Of a DNA stretch of 64,000 bases, positions 10,882-21,998 are shown one piece after another. Position 1 is the first letter of the stretch. The number at the start of each line of letters is the position of its first letter. The notes below the pieces were generated by a model. That model saw only the letters and a list, made by a program, of their open reading frames with translations. It was not told the origin of the DNA and searched no databases. Origin of the DNA: Trypanosoma brucei (lineage: Eukaryota); the NCBI GenBank assembly GCA_000002445.1, contig CP000071.1, positions 1,152,001-1,216,000 on the forward strand, given 5' to 3'. Made by a program: the position numbers and the translations under genes.

Positions 10882-12033
10882 CTATTCCATTGTTTGCTCT
10901 CTTGGATATCCTTGTTTCTTCATTTGATGTTGATGCTGGCTTAACATGCAACCAATAACAATGTAGAAGAAAACATCTGCAATGGTTTTAAGGGATTCAT
11001 CGTTCAGTAGACAAGCCAGACAACTGCACAAATAGGCACACCAAATGATGACCGAATCACAACAATCATTTTGCAAATTGTAGTGCTGAAGAACCATGAA
11101 ACGATTACCGTGAGCGGCACAGGGGAGGCAAAAGCAAGACTCCAGGCACAAACAGCACGGCTCACAGCCTTCGCAGACACAGCAATTCCTGTCGCCACAA
11201 AGTCCAGCACAACACAAATAACGAGACCAATCATTTTCCAACAGCTTCTTCCGTTGCAAGAACGCACAGCACCATGGGCAACAACAGGCACCAAGGCAGA
11301 ACAGTGGCTCACTGCAAGGTGCCCCCAACATACTCGTTTCCCATTCGTTCTCCCCTTCCCACTTTTGCACTTCAGCATAGTCATCCGGTGGTTTGTAAAC
11401 GCCACACGGCGGTTGACCATATCCGGCAGGTGGTGGGGGTTGACCATATCCGGCAGGTGGTGGGGGCTGACCATATCCGGCAGGTGGTGGGGGTTGACCA
11501 TATCCGGCAGGTGGTGGGGGCTGACCATATCCGGCAGGTGGTGGGGGTTGACCATATCCGGCAGGTGGTGGGGGTTGACCATATCCGGCAGGTGGTGGGG
11601 GTTGACCATATCCGGCAGGTGGTGGGGGCTGACCATATCCGGCAGGTGGTGGGGGTTGACCATATCCGGCAGGTGGTGGGGGTTGACCATATCCGGCAGG
11701 TGGTGGGGGTTGACCATATCCGGCAGGTGGTGGGGGCTGTTTTCCATTATCTGTGGGAGGCCCAGCCAGCACATTTAAGGCTGGGGAACAATCCCGCCCA
11801 GCGCACATACTTTCTTTCGGAGCACCACTGTTGAGAAATATAATAAAAGGAAACAAGAACAGCAGCAAACAAACAACACTATGGAAATATTTTGCGCTGT
11901 ACACGGGACACGGATACCTGACAATTGGAGGCCATCTGTAAAAAAGTAAGACAGGAAAGCAACTAAATGCTACATGTATCACATAAACACTCATTTTCTC
12001 AACTGTTGCGTCCAAGCTCGCCCGTCCATGCAC
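10882..12033 (-). CDS. PLAC8-family protein, array copy 3, with 12 copies of PPPPAGYGQ. The probable start is the internal Met at about 11808.
   Basis: Identical to copy 2 except that it has 12 rather than 7 PPPPAGYGQ units. Confidence 0.65.
   Translation of the reverse strand: MHGRASLDATVEKMSVYVIHVAFSCFPVLLFYRWPPIVRYPCPVYSAKYFHSVVCLLLFLFPFIIFLNSGAPKESMCAGRDCSPALNVLAGPPTDNGKQPPPPAGYGQPPPPAGYGQPPPPAGYGQPPPPAGYGQPPPPAGYGQPPPPAGYGQPPPPAGYGQPPPPAGYGQPPPPAGYGQPPPPAGYGQPPPPAGYGQPPPPAGYGQPPCGVYKPPDDYAEVQKWEGENEWETSMLGAPCSEPLFCLGACCCPWCCAFLQRKKLLENDWSRYLCCAGLCGDRNCCVCEGCEPCCLCLESCFCLPCAAHGNRFMVLQHYNLQNDCCDSVIIWCAYLCSCLACLLNDESLKTIADVFFYIVIGCMLSQHQHQMKKQGYPREQTME
11411..11737. repeat. 27-bp coding minisatellite x12 in PLAC8 copy 3
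   Basis: Same unit as the array at 8795-8983, with 12 copies. Confidence 0.9.
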
Positions 12034-12484
12034 TACCAGTACTACCCGTCTCTCAAACTAAACACTTTCACACTCATATTTCACCCGCTCGCGAAGTATT
12101 GTCGCTTCAAACATCTACTACGACTGCCCGCATACAATCCACCGGTTGAGGATCTATTACAATAAATGACGCGGCCACACTCATTTGTAGAGGAGAGCCA
12201 CATTGGGTTAAAATCTAAACAGAAAGACCAAAAATTAGCGTTACAGAAAAAGAGATAGCGAGTAGAACAGCACAACAGCTTCTCACTTAGCGAGAAACAC
12301 ACGCACTTAGGAAAACAAATGTTAGGCATGAAACTGAAAAAAAAAGAAACTCGAGGAGATGGAAGAAGGAAAAGACAACAGTCAATTTTCATCCACTGGA
12401 TACTAATAAACCAAAAAAGATGGTAATAATCTATAATGGAGTCACATTCACTTGCAGTGAAAGCGAGTGCACGTGCCAACTCAT

Positions 12485-13567
12485 TTAAATATGTTTTGCG
12501 ACGGCATTGTATATCATCTCGTGTACTTTCTCACGACTATAGCGTTCGCCCTCGTCGTTACAACATTCTATTTGAACCCAATTCCTTTGGTTCTGACAGC
12601 ACCAAACGTAAGTTTGCCTGACATTTTCCTTGTAGGAGAGGCCAGCCGTCTCATGAATGTCCAGCGACTCACGCTTCTCATCCCTTTGCATCGCCACTAG
12701 CGCGGCTGCGGGTGGCAAATCAAGATAAAGAGCGACATCCGGGGGAGGAAGCTTAAGCCATTCCAATTCCAATTGCTCAAGGTGTCTGATGAAGTCACTC
12801 CTTTCACTTTCCTCAAGCTTAGAGGCCTGGTGACCAAAGTTGGACGTGTAGTAACGGTCGAGGAGAATCTTCTTCCCGTGTGTCAACCAGTACCTGAGTT
12901 CCGGGAGAGTGTCAAAGCGATTCAAGGAAAAAAGCAAACTGAACAGTTTAGGATCCAAATCGTGTAAAGCGCCTCTTTCACCTGATAGGACTTTGCGAAT
13001 GAGCTTCCCATATCGATGTTTGTCCGATGGGAAGTCAAGACTAGCGTGAGCCTTTCCTTCCTTATCCAGCCGTTTCCGCATGTACTCTGTTTGGGTGGCC
13101 TTCCCGGCACCGTCTCCACCCTCAAAAACAATTACGGCACTTTCTGAGTTATTGTTGGGCAAGAATGCTCTTACAGCATCGGCCCATGTCTCTGAAGTAT
13201 TTTGTTTGCACTCGATACCGAGGGAGGAAATCGTCTCAAGTAAGTTAGTGGTTTCGCCACCAGTGGTAAGCGAAAGTACGGGAACACGCTTTGAATAAAC
13301 AGCAAATACGACATCTGCATCCTCCACTGTCTTTTCAGTAATAAAACACATGGGGGTACCAACCCTGTAAGGCGTGTGTTTCCCTCGCCACATAAATTCG
13401 TAAGCGAAAGACTTTTCGAGCTGTATAGTTTCCGCATCACCCGCTACCTCTCTGATCACCTCAAGGACTTGTTTGTCCTCAACATCCGTGAAAACTACAA
13501 TTTTTCGGTTCACGGCCACCATTGATGTATACTTCGTGAGAAGAAAAAAAAAGGGAAAACCTAGCAA
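12485..13567 (-). CDS. TMPK: Thymidylate kinase (dTMP kinase) with an N-terminal extension of about 150 aa. The likely start is the Met at about 13522 ('MVAVNRK').
   Basis: P-loop 'VIVFEGGDGAGKATQTEYMRKRL' matches the thymidylate kinase signature (xxFEGxDGxGKxTQ). DRY/LID-region-like motifs lie downstream. A poly-T tract on the coding strand immediately upstream (13539-13592) fits a trans-splice signal. Confidence 0.75.
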   Translation of the reverse strand: MLGFPFFFLLTKYTSMVAVNRKIVVFTDVEDKQVLEVIREVAGDAETIQLEKSFAYEFMWRGKHTPYRVGTPMCFITEKTVEDADVVFAVYSKRVPVLSLTTGGETTNLLETISSLGIECKQNTSETWADAVRAFLPNNNSESAVIVFEGGDGAGKATQTEYMRKRLDKEGKAHASLDFPSDKHRYGKLIRKVLSGERGALHDLDPKLFSLLFSLNRFDTLPELRYWLTHGKKILLDRYYTSNFGHQASKLEESERSDFIRHLEQLELEWLKLPPPDVALYLDLPPAAALVAMQRDEKRESLDIHETAGLSYKENVRQTYVWCCQNQRNWVQIECCNDEGERYSREKVHEMIYNAVAKHI

Positions 13568-13595
13568 CTATTATGCTCAGTCGCAAAAAAAAAAA
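13539..13595 (-). promoter_or_regulatory. Polypyrimidine (poly-T) tract(s) on the coding strand upstream of TMPK, a candidate trans-splicing/polyadenylation signal region
   Basis: The plus strand shows 'gaaaaaaaaaagggaaaacc...cgcaaaaaaaaaaagccag', which is T-runs on the minus strand within 60 nt of the ATG. This is the kinetoplastid mRNA-processing convention (established knowledge). The exact splice acceptor was not mapped. Confidence 0.35.
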
Positions 13596-13682
13596 GCCAG
13601 CTCAGGCGGCGCCTCCTCCTCTTCATGTGCGGGAAACAAAACTGAGAAAACAAAACTTACACGGTTTATATGGCTTACGCAA

Positions 13683-16634
13683 CTACTTTAATTTATACCA
13701 CTGATGCCGGCACTGAGCGGCACTACGTCGCACCATCCGCTTGTGATCACTCAATGCCACCTGAGACACATGAAGAACTTCGTCTCTTACCTGCAACGCG
13801 CTGCTCATGTAGGAGTTGCCGCTGTCACCATTCTCTGATGAAAACTGCATGACAAACAAGGCTGCCTCACTCAATAGACGCAGCGAGGTACACCGCACCT
13901 TAAGTAATGGTGATCTAACACCACTCAGCACCAGTGGCAGAAGGTCGTCGGTTCCTAAAAGTGCCTCTACCAACACATTCTTCGGGTCCATCTGAGACAA
14001 AGCAAGGTCGAGCAGCTCCACAAGCTCGTTGACAAACTCTTCATTCAGTGGCTTCGACACTCTTCGGGAAAATTCGACGATGTCACCCCACTCCAACCCA
14101 CAAGTGGGTGACACATCCTGGAGGAGTTTTGCAACAACTCTCAGCAACTCGAGTGAAACGGGTTTGCTGCCCCTCGTGGCAGCATGCACCAGAGGCAAAA
14201 TGAGGGTCGTGGTTTTTCTGCACCCTTGATAACAGAACACGAACACTCCCGTCAGTATATCAACGTAACAATCCTGTACGTATCCACTGCGAAGGGAGTT
14301 GGTAATTTCTTCGATGATTAGTTCAATAATCCCGCCTTCTGCCACACCACAAGCAAGCAGACCACGAGCAACAGCTGCCCGCGCCGCGAGCTGCGTGGTT
14401 GGGTTCAACCGCTTCGCTGCTTCGAGAAAGCGACCTGCGACACCGGGCACCCGCGCACACAGTGATGACACACTCTGCATTGTTAATACATCTGTCGGTG
14501 TGCTGCGCACTGCATCCAAAACTTCGCACATCCAATGTTCTATGTGATCCGAAACACCCAGGACATCCATGTCAAAACATGAAACTAGAGAAGCTGTCAA
14601 TACACCCCATTGCTCTCCCCCCACCTCCTGAAGCACAGATGGAACGAAAGCAATGGGAAGCAGCAGGAGCAAATCGCACAGATAGTCAAAGCTTGCCACA
14701 GAATTCCTCTTTTTGGTCAAAAGCAGAAGGCAACGAATATCTTCGGTAGAGTAGTCCGCGTGCGCAGAGAGACTGGAGCGACACAAGGAAAAAACATCCC
14801 TTTCGGTAAGGGTAAATCCGAACAAACCTTCTGGACATTCTAACAGTGATTTTGTGGCAGCTAGTGATAAAGAGGCCTGCGACCCTAACAAGCCTTTGTA
14901 GAGTGTAAGAATACCGGCTGCTGTGGGATTTATGTCAGCAGGCATGTCCAACAGCGCAACATTCAGTAAATTTCCTTCGACAGAGCCAATGCGTGAGATA
15001 TGCTTCACAACCCTGTTGCCGACTTCCTCATCTCCACAGAGACAAAGTGCTATAAGTCTCTTGTAGATGAGTAGAACTGTGTCATCGGGCATCCAGTGTG
15101 GAAGCCATGCTGCAAGGGTAACCAGCGATGCAAGCAACTCGCACCTTACATGCACAGAAGATGCGTCAGCCTTTTGCAGTGACAAGGTCAACTTCTCCAC
15201 AAGTTGAAACAATTTCTCACTCACGGTTTCGAGACCTTCTTTAACATCACGCTGTGGGGGCGGCCTCTTTCCACATTCGCCACCATTACCCGCATCGAAA
15301 ATCCCACTAAGTATGGCGGAAATGATGAGGACCGCATCGTCGACTTCAAAACTATCCTCCCGCGTATTCGACAGTAGCTGCAGCAAAAAGCACTGCACAG
15401 TGGCCGCACCGCAACATGTGCTACTGCTGACAAGGTGATAGAACATAGTTGCATAGGCGGAACACACAGCTGGTCCCGACCTCAAACTAGCCAGTGCGCC
15501 ACTCGTCATTGGCTCTAGCCACGAGCGGACGATTGATAACGAAACATCCTGCGCTCTTTTGGAGATGAACTTCAATACGTGTACGCAGTCCTTAACGTAC
15601 GGCTCACATTCCCCAGACCCGAGTGATACTGCTCGGACGACTTCGTTCCTTATGTGATTTGTCACAGAAACCACATGCGGGCACAAACTCTCGGTGGTGT
15701 GACTCGAATCCAACGAGAAAATGTTTAAAAGCGCATTCGTGGATTCCTGCTTAACAACAGAGGATGGGGACGCCATTCTTGACAACAGAAATGGGACACA
15801 AATGTTCAAATACAAGGGATGCGTCATGCATGCCGACAGGACACGCCGCAAATCCTCTTTCGACACCTTACATCCGGGTGGTTGTGAAAATACCACCGGG
15901 AAATAACTAGAAATACTGTCAAAATACTCCTCCAGCAAGGGTTGCATGGCATCTTCTCTCGCATAAGAGGCAATTATGTGATGTAACTCAAGCGCACGCA
16001 TTAGTAACTCCGGTTCATTTTCCTCATCCATAGATTTTAGGACAACTTGAAGAAAGGGGGTGGTGAACCACGTTGCGGTCTCTTTTGTAACAGTAAAGCG
16101 AAGAACGTCGTACCCCCAACTCCGGACGTTGGTCGGGAGGGCTTGCAAACTGAAGCTCTGCAAAAACTCAGTGTGTAAAACGTTGAAAACGTCACTGGTA
16201 CATGGCCCCTCTGATGACAGCTCTCTGACAAGAAGGGCCGTAGATTCCACAGCAACCGCGATCGTTTGCATTGAAGAGAGCTTTCTGGAGAAAAACCTCA
16301 GCATAACATCGACCTCTTCAATTGTGCGGTCGCGCCGATTCACTGTAGCAAGCCCCAGAACACGGACTGCATTTACAACGTGCTCTTCTCCTGTGAGGTA
16401 TTTACCCATCATGCGCGATAATTGCAGAAGAGGGATTTCGCGAAGCTTTTCAAGCGCCACTTCATCAGCGTTAGTCCCGCACGTAACAACACCTTGAAGT
16501 AATGTATCAACTTCCTCAACAGACATACTACTTTTTCGATATATATTCTTTACTCGTCCTATTCTTGGTTTCTTCAAGTTTTCTTCTACTGACAACCAGT
16601 TTTCAGGCGATAGGCAACCGTAAAGTGACTGCAA
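13683..16634 (-). CDS. MMS19-like HEAT/ARM-repeat protein (cytosolic Fe-S assembly targeting / DNA repair family)
   Basis: 983-aa helical-repeat protein. The segment 'YFPVVFSQPPGCKVSKEDLRRVLSACMTHPLYLNICVPFLLSRMASPSSVVKQES' matches the conserved MMS19 N-domain block (human 'YFPIDFTPPPNDPHGIQREDL...FLLPLLIEKVDSEILSAKLDS'). The length and composition fit MMS19. Confidence 0.5.
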   Translation of the reverse strand: MQSLYGCLSPENWLSVEENLKKPRIGRVKNIYRKSSMSVEEVDTLLQGVVTCGTNADEVALEKLREIPLLQLSRMMGKYLTGEEHVVNAVRVLGLATVNRRDRTIEEVDVMLRFFSRKLSSMQTIAVAVESTALLVRELSSEGPCTSDVFNVLHTEFLQSFSLQALPTNVRSWGYDVLRFTVTKETATWFTTPFLQVVLKSMDEENEPELLMRALELHHIIASYAREDAMQPLLEEYFDSISSYFPVVFSQPPGCKVSKEDLRRVLSACMTHPLYLNICVPFLLSRMASPSSVVKQESTNALLNIFSLDSSHTTESLCPHVVSVTNHIRNEVVRAVSLGSGECEPYVKDCVHVLKFISKRAQDVSLSIVRSWLEPMTSGALASLRSGPAVCSAYATMFYHLVSSSTCCGAATVQCFLLQLLSNTREDSFEVDDAVLIISAILSGIFDAGNGGECGKRPPPQRDVKEGLETVSEKLFQLVEKLTLSLQKADASSVHVRCELLASLVTLAAWLPHWMPDDTVLLIYKRLIALCLCGDEEVGNRVVKHISRIGSVEGNLLNVALLDMPADINPTAAGILTLYKGLLGSQASLSLAATKSLLECPEGLFGFTLTERDVFSLCRSSLSAHADYSTEDIRCLLLLTKKRNSVASFDYLCDLLLLLPIAFVPSVLQEVGGEQWGVLTASLVSCFDMDVLGVSDHIEHWMCEVLDAVRSTPTDVLTMQSVSSLCARVPGVAGRFLEAAKRLNPTTQLAARAAVARGLLACGVAEGGIIELIIEEITNSLRSGYVQDCYVDILTGVFVFCYQGCRKTTTLILPLVHAATRGSKPVSLELLRVVAKLLQDVSPTCGLEWGDIVEFSRRVSKPLNEEFVNELVELLDLALSQMDPKNVLVEALLGTDDLLPLVLSGVRSPLLKVRCTSLRLLSEAALFVMQFSSENGDSGNSYMSSALQVRDEVLHVSQVALSDHKRMVRRSAAQCRHQWYKLK

Positions 16635-18055
16635 CTCCCTCCCTCCCGGTGGCGTTTACAACCCACCTTTCAACAGAATGGAGGAAAGGTAGGAAGAATG
16701 TCGACGTTGTATAAGCGTAAAAAGCAAGGTATGTGCAGAAACAAACAACGACCTTCCGAACACAAAGATTAATTTAATACGACACAAAGTTGCCTTGGTT
16801 CCCCTGCACACAGAGACGCATAGCAATTGGCGGCACACAGTCAACAGTTGAGAAACTACGGCGTCAAAACGCAGATTTTCTGAGAGTCAAACTGGAAGGA
16901 AGATACGGTTCCAAATGACACTCCTGATGAATGTCTAAGGTGGAGTGAAGGGAGCTGGAGCACGCCGACAGCAAGGGGTTTCAGAACTATGCGTGTCGAG
17001 TAAACCGCAAGGGGTCCAATGGGGAAGCTCCATTGCTCTATCCCGCCCACTAGGAAAAACTCCCCATTTCTCTTCAGTGTCAACTGACAACTTTGAGGAA
17101 TCGCGGTTTTGTTGACAACATTACAAACCAAAGTAACATAGGAACTCCGTCGGATAAATCATCGTAAATACATCTAATATGTTAAATCTTCCCTCTAAAA
17201 AAAATGTCAGACAACCCTTCTAAGTTATTCTCAAACGACAATAATATCCACTTCTAGTTTGAGTGAAAAAGAAAAATCAAATCTTAGTGCAGTATATAGG
17301 GGGAACCCCGGCGATGATAATAAGATGGAAAAGAGACATATATGTATAAACACGTGGGAAAACAGTGAATTAGGTACCCATAAAGGAGTAGGCTCGTACT
17401 GAGAGTGCATGCTCCTCGACAAACAGAAATAGGTAAAATATTTCCTTAATGTGGACCAAAAAAAAAAACAATATAAACAAGAAAATGTGAAACAATGGAA
17501 GTGGAAACAGTAATAACAGTGGTACTAAAAAAAAACATGATTAAAACTAACGCGTCCCCCTAGAATTGAACACTCACAAGGGCTTAGGTTATTTGATAAA
17601 AAACAAAAGAGATGTTACGAATACCTATAGAAAAACGCTTATAAAATGCAGCACAGGGTACAAACTATGTCAACGAGCCTCTACGGGTAGTGAGGGGGAA
17701 AAATCCGTGTCATTGACGACGAAAGTATAAGCATCCACTCACGAAGGCAAACTACGATAATTCTACGCGGCTTCAGCCCTATCAATATATATATATATGT
17801 ATATTAGTAATAATAACTAATTAACGAACTCACAAATTCGTTCAGCAGTTTTTACCCCAAAATATACCATTGAGAGCAAGCGCACTGGTGCGTCCTTTAT
17901 TGAAGTCCCCGAAACCCAATACTGTACTTCGAGCAAGAGGAAATAATTATTTCTCTCAAAGAAAAGGGGTATCATATGAGGAATTTTCAAACAAGCAGAG
18001 TTTAAAAAAAATACAACAGCTTATTGGAATAATGCAAAAAAAAAAAATGAACTAA

Positions 18056-19984
18056 CTAATAGACGGCGGTGCCGACGTTATTATTTTCAACAGAGGTATC
18101 ATCAAAATTCCACTCTACATTCAAGCAGATATCGCCACATTTCACACGGCCCTGAACGCGTGAACAATAATAAACCCCTGGTTCTCTCAAGTCGAAAAGA
18201 GCAGAAACGCTACTGGAGTTACATGAGCACAGCTCAACAGACCTATCAACAGAAGTCTGCGTGGCCCAACTATCCAATTTGTTATCACGCATTCGAGAAA
18301 GATTGACGCAAAGGGAGTCCACATTTACATTGTCAATGGAATGTGTGCGGAACACCATTACCAACTCATGCATTGAATCATCCCCATGTACCTCACTGAA
18401 ACCGCAGAAGATGTTAAAGGGAGCGTAATACCCTTTGTGCGGATATGAAAGAAAACTGTCAAGTGAAAAGCTAGACATCATCTTCGCAAATGAATCACGA
18501 AATCGCCTTTGACTTTCCTCCGCACCAGGTCCAAAGGACAAGGAGGCGTAAGAAAGAGTGACCTCCCTGGAACACTTTTCTACTAATTCGTCGGGTACTG
18601 ACTTCGACAATTCTATTAGCAACCCGTGAATAACCTTAGCACCTTCGTACGACTTAACACCGTGTTCCCACAACATCTCCAGTGAATACAGTGCTTCATC
18701 AGTCCTTCGAAGCATGACATTCAGCCGCGCCGAAGTGTAAAGCAGTTCTACCGTCGGCACGGTCAAGGACGCACATTCGCTCAACAATTCACCCACTCGT
18801 TTCGTGAGAGCATCCGAGGTTCCACTGAGTGAGCAAATATTAACGTGCGCCTCTGAGCAGCACTCCACACCAATCAGAACAGGCGCCACAGTTTGCTGTG
18901 CAGAAGTCTCAAGTGACCGATTTACCTTAAGAGCATCTTCATAAGCAAACATACATGCGCAAAGATGGCCCATCGAAGCAACAGGCACCGCATGGCAGGT
19001 ATTCTTCGCTAACCAGTAATGGCACTCAGCAATAAGCAACGGTTTCAGAAACTGCACCATGGTAAAGTTCTCACCAGTAGAAGGAGTGATCTGTCCCAAC
19101 CATACGATATGATCCTCACACATACCATAATATAAATCCTCAAAGCTAACATCGGACAGAGCTTTGGCAGCATTCAGTAAGTGCATAATAATGACCGTGC
19201 CGCACATGCGCAATTCCATCGGTGACTGAGGAGGGGCAACATCTCTTAGGCAGTTATAAGCGTTGGTAAAATGCTTTACAGCCGCACCCAAATCACGCAC
19301 AACAAGAGAGTGCCACCCGGTCTTGAACCCCAATCGCACTGCAAGGTAATTTGGTTCCGGTGGCTTGTTCCTAATGCGAGCCAACTCCTCCATGTGATAT
19401 GCCGTTGATGTTTTCTTCAACATATGGTAGAGGCGTTCCGCGCTCTCCCTTTCCATCCCTAGTTTGAATAAAATTATCAGCTCATTAAAATCATCCCCTA
19501 GCCTCTGTTTGAGTACTCGTTGCAGTGTTTCTAGTTTTTCTTTCACATCCTCTCCTTCATTGGAACATTTCTCAGTTGCGAGTGCGACAATAATTTTGCT
19601 TCGCAGTGTGCGTGTCCACGCCAGCAGTTGGTCCCACATGCTGGAATTCCCAATCTCATCCATTGCGACATCGCTCACCGTTTCCCAATCCAGGCTAAAA
19701 ATAACGCAGCTAAACCTGGAATGTAAACGCCTCGTGCACCAGTCGCTTTTCAGAACACCGAGTGCATTCGGAAGAGGTGCACCTGCAGCCTTTTGCTTCG
19801 TGGGGAGCGATCTCAGGTCTGGAAAATATTTGATGTGAAAGAGTGACGACTGATTTGACATGCGAGACAATCCCTCAGATATGCATAGCCGCTTTCCACT
19901 GACGACGGCAACCAAGAAGGGAGGCTCATTATCAAGGTAGCTCTTGTAACAACTGTCGGTGTAAATCTGGGATAAGAAGTTCAT
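18056..19984 (-). CDS. Hypothetical conserved protein (642 aa, alpha-helical)
   Basis: Long uninterrupted minus-strand ORF co-oriented with its neighbours. No motif recognised with confidence. Confidence 0.5.
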   Translation of the reverse strand: MNFLSQIYTDSCYKSYLDNEPPFLVAVVSGKRLCISEGLSRMSNQSSLFHIKYFPDLRSLPTKQKAAGAPLPNALGVLKSDWCTRRLHSRFSCVIFSLDWETVSDVAMDEIGNSSMWDQLLAWTRTLRSKIIVALATEKCSNEGEDVKEKLETLQRVLKQRLGDDFNELIILFKLGMERESAERLYHMLKKTSTAYHMEELARIRNKPPEPNYLAVRLGFKTGWHSLVVRDLGAAVKHFTNAYNCLRDVAPPQSPMELRMCGTVIIMHLLNAAKALSDVSFEDLYYGMCEDHIVWLGQITPSTGENFTMVQFLKPLLIAECHYWLAKNTCHAVPVASMGHLCACMFAYEDALKVNRSLETSAQQTVAPVLIGVECCSEAHVNICSLSGTSDALTKRVGELLSECASLTVPTVELLYTSARLNVMLRRTDEALYSLEMLWEHGVKSYEGAKVIHGLLIELSKSVPDELVEKCSREVTLSYASLSFGPGAEESQRRFRDSFAKMMSSFSLDSFLSYPHKGYYAPFNIFCGFSEVHGDDSMHELVMVFRTHSIDNVNVDSLCVNLSRMRDNKLDSWATQTSVDRSVELCSCNSSSVSALFDLREPGVYYCSRVQGRVKCGDICLNVEWNFDDTSVENNNVGTAVY

Positions 19985-21998
19985 TTCGCTAGTACAACAC
20001 CTTTAAAGGGGGAAAAAACTGTGGAAACTTAGGGGGAGTAGATGGGCACGCACAGGGTAACAGAACTTACGAGCGTGCACGGAGTGAAAGCTGACTTCAG
20101 TGCAAAACATGTCGCTCCACGCCTCAGTAAAATATAATAGTTCCAACATTGACAAACAAAAGGGAAGGGAACACCGCCACGAAGAAAGAGGGAAAGTACT
20201 ACTTTACGAAGGGGGATTGGTCAAACTGCCAGCACAAAACAATCAATAGTGACCGGTGTAGCCAAACCAACCCACGAAACGAAAAATGGCAGATGGATGT
20301 TAGTGGACTCCAACCTTTGAAAACTAAGGATGATGTAGCTCCCGCTCATACCCATCCTGTTGGGCACGTGCCGCAACCCTTGTGGGAAAACGGAACGCGA
20401 AGGTTCCTCTCAGAACAAATTACCGCCAACGGCAAAGTTTTCTAATTGCGACATACATAAGCATAGGAAAGGATGCCCTCGTAGAGAGAGTAACTGCGGA
20501 CACAAACTCCATTCCAGCTCACGGCAGCAGTCCCCCACAAGCCGTTCATGCATTCCCAATGCTGCAGCAAAAAAAAGCAAAAAAAAGGATTGTAAACCTG
20601 CGTCCGGCGCTAAAATGCAGCTCGAGACCTGGGGAAACCAACTTGAAATGTTTACCCCCCTTCCAACGGGTAAGTGTTCCCTCGATGCTTCCTCAGTGCT
20701 CACAGAGGCAAGGCCAGATTGCGACTCCCAGAACCCCCGAAACACATATACATACACCTCGAAGGTCAATGGCGAAGACTCGAAGCGGGTCCCGTCGCAG
20801 GTCGGTCGCTTCGATACATTCCAGTAACCCCCTTTTACACGGCACTCCGAACACGAGAACCTGGGGCGACACCTTTCACATCGTAACCTACTGAGGGGGG
20901 GGGGAGCGCGCGGGCGCGGAATCTCACGCTAGAATGAATAAAAGGGTGAGAAAAGTGCATCTACCACCTTTGCAGCCAAAGGAAGCGCCTTTGATGGGCG
21001 AAACGGCGCCGCGCCGCAGCCACCCACACGGCAGCCTTTCCTCTGAGAGTGACCAACAGCCAGTGGCGGGCACCCCAGTTATAGGCCAACTTGCATCGGA
21101 AGCCTATGCGCACACAGAATGGTTCGAAACGTGGTGCACCCCTTCCAAAGTGCTACGATTTTGGTGGCGAGAGACGGCCAGTGGGAACGTGCAATTTTGC
21201 TTCCACGAGCGTGCGTCTTGCTAACCAATTTTCGGAAACACAACAACCACGAAGCTACAACACACACGCACGGGCCCCCGCATACGTCGTCGTCCTGAAG
21301 CCCAATTTTTGTGTCCGGGTGGACGCATCGGTTTCCCATCGTGGCCTCCGTCTCACAGGTTTTGCAGGGAGAAAGTAAAAAAAACGGGTTAGAGTGGTAA
21401 AACAAAGCTCGGGCACACCTTGCCGCGGGTCCGTTAACCAGAAACTGCGGTGCAAAACAGCACATCCAGAGGCAAATTGCGAAGAAAAAATCCGTCGCAG
21501 ACGGCGCTGGCAACCTCGGCGCGGCAGAGGGCTCTGACGCTGCGTCTTTCGGGACGGCCAAGGCCAAGACACGACATCATGAGGAACCCACTAGCTTCCC
21601 ACAGGTCCGTTATCGCGCAACTCAAAGCAAACCGCACCATTTCAGGCGTGACATAGCGAATGTACTAAGAGAGCACCCTCCCTGAAGGTAGCGGCCTACA
21701 GCTCAGGAGCGCCACATTAATACGTAGGCCCAAGCTAATGTTGAGATGGGAAGTGAAAGTTTCGGTGAAGCGCAGTACCGAGGAAGAGTGTTTCCGAATC
21801 TTCATGTCCAAGACCACGAGGAGACACATTACACTATATCACCAATCCCTTTGTGTCAAGTGGTGTAAGCCCCCAGTTACTTTCCTCACACTTCGATACC
21901 GCAACAGGGTTCTCTTTCGCAATTAAATAAGGCTCATACGCGCGGAAGACCACAAAGATATGAAAATGAAAGCGAGGGTGGGCAGATTGCACAACGCT

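Larger units (their letters stand above)
4575..12310. repeat. Tandem array of three gene-containing units of 2.57-2.63 kb. Each unit is a PLAC8-like gene plus about 1.5 kb of conserved spacer.
   Basis: The unit boundary motif 'accaacctccttcagaatcagaaaccctatgacacgg' occurs at 4575, 7143 and 9770. Spurious ORFs recur in each unit (e.g. 5305/7865/10491 and 4502/6999/9625). Spacers are near-identical. The array ends at about 12310, where unique sequence begins. Confidence 0.9.

Noticed and set aside
20360-20894. Plus-strand ORFs of 155 and 170 aa in the ORF-poor region
   Set aside because: They oppose the transcription direction of the cluster, overlap each other in different frames, and are Ser/Pro/Arg-rich and low-complexity.
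21100-21140. tRNA-like 'ggttcgaaa' T-loop-like motif
   Set aside because: Flanking sequence cannot be folded into complementary T-stem and acceptor stems. There is no cloverleaf, so it is a chance match.
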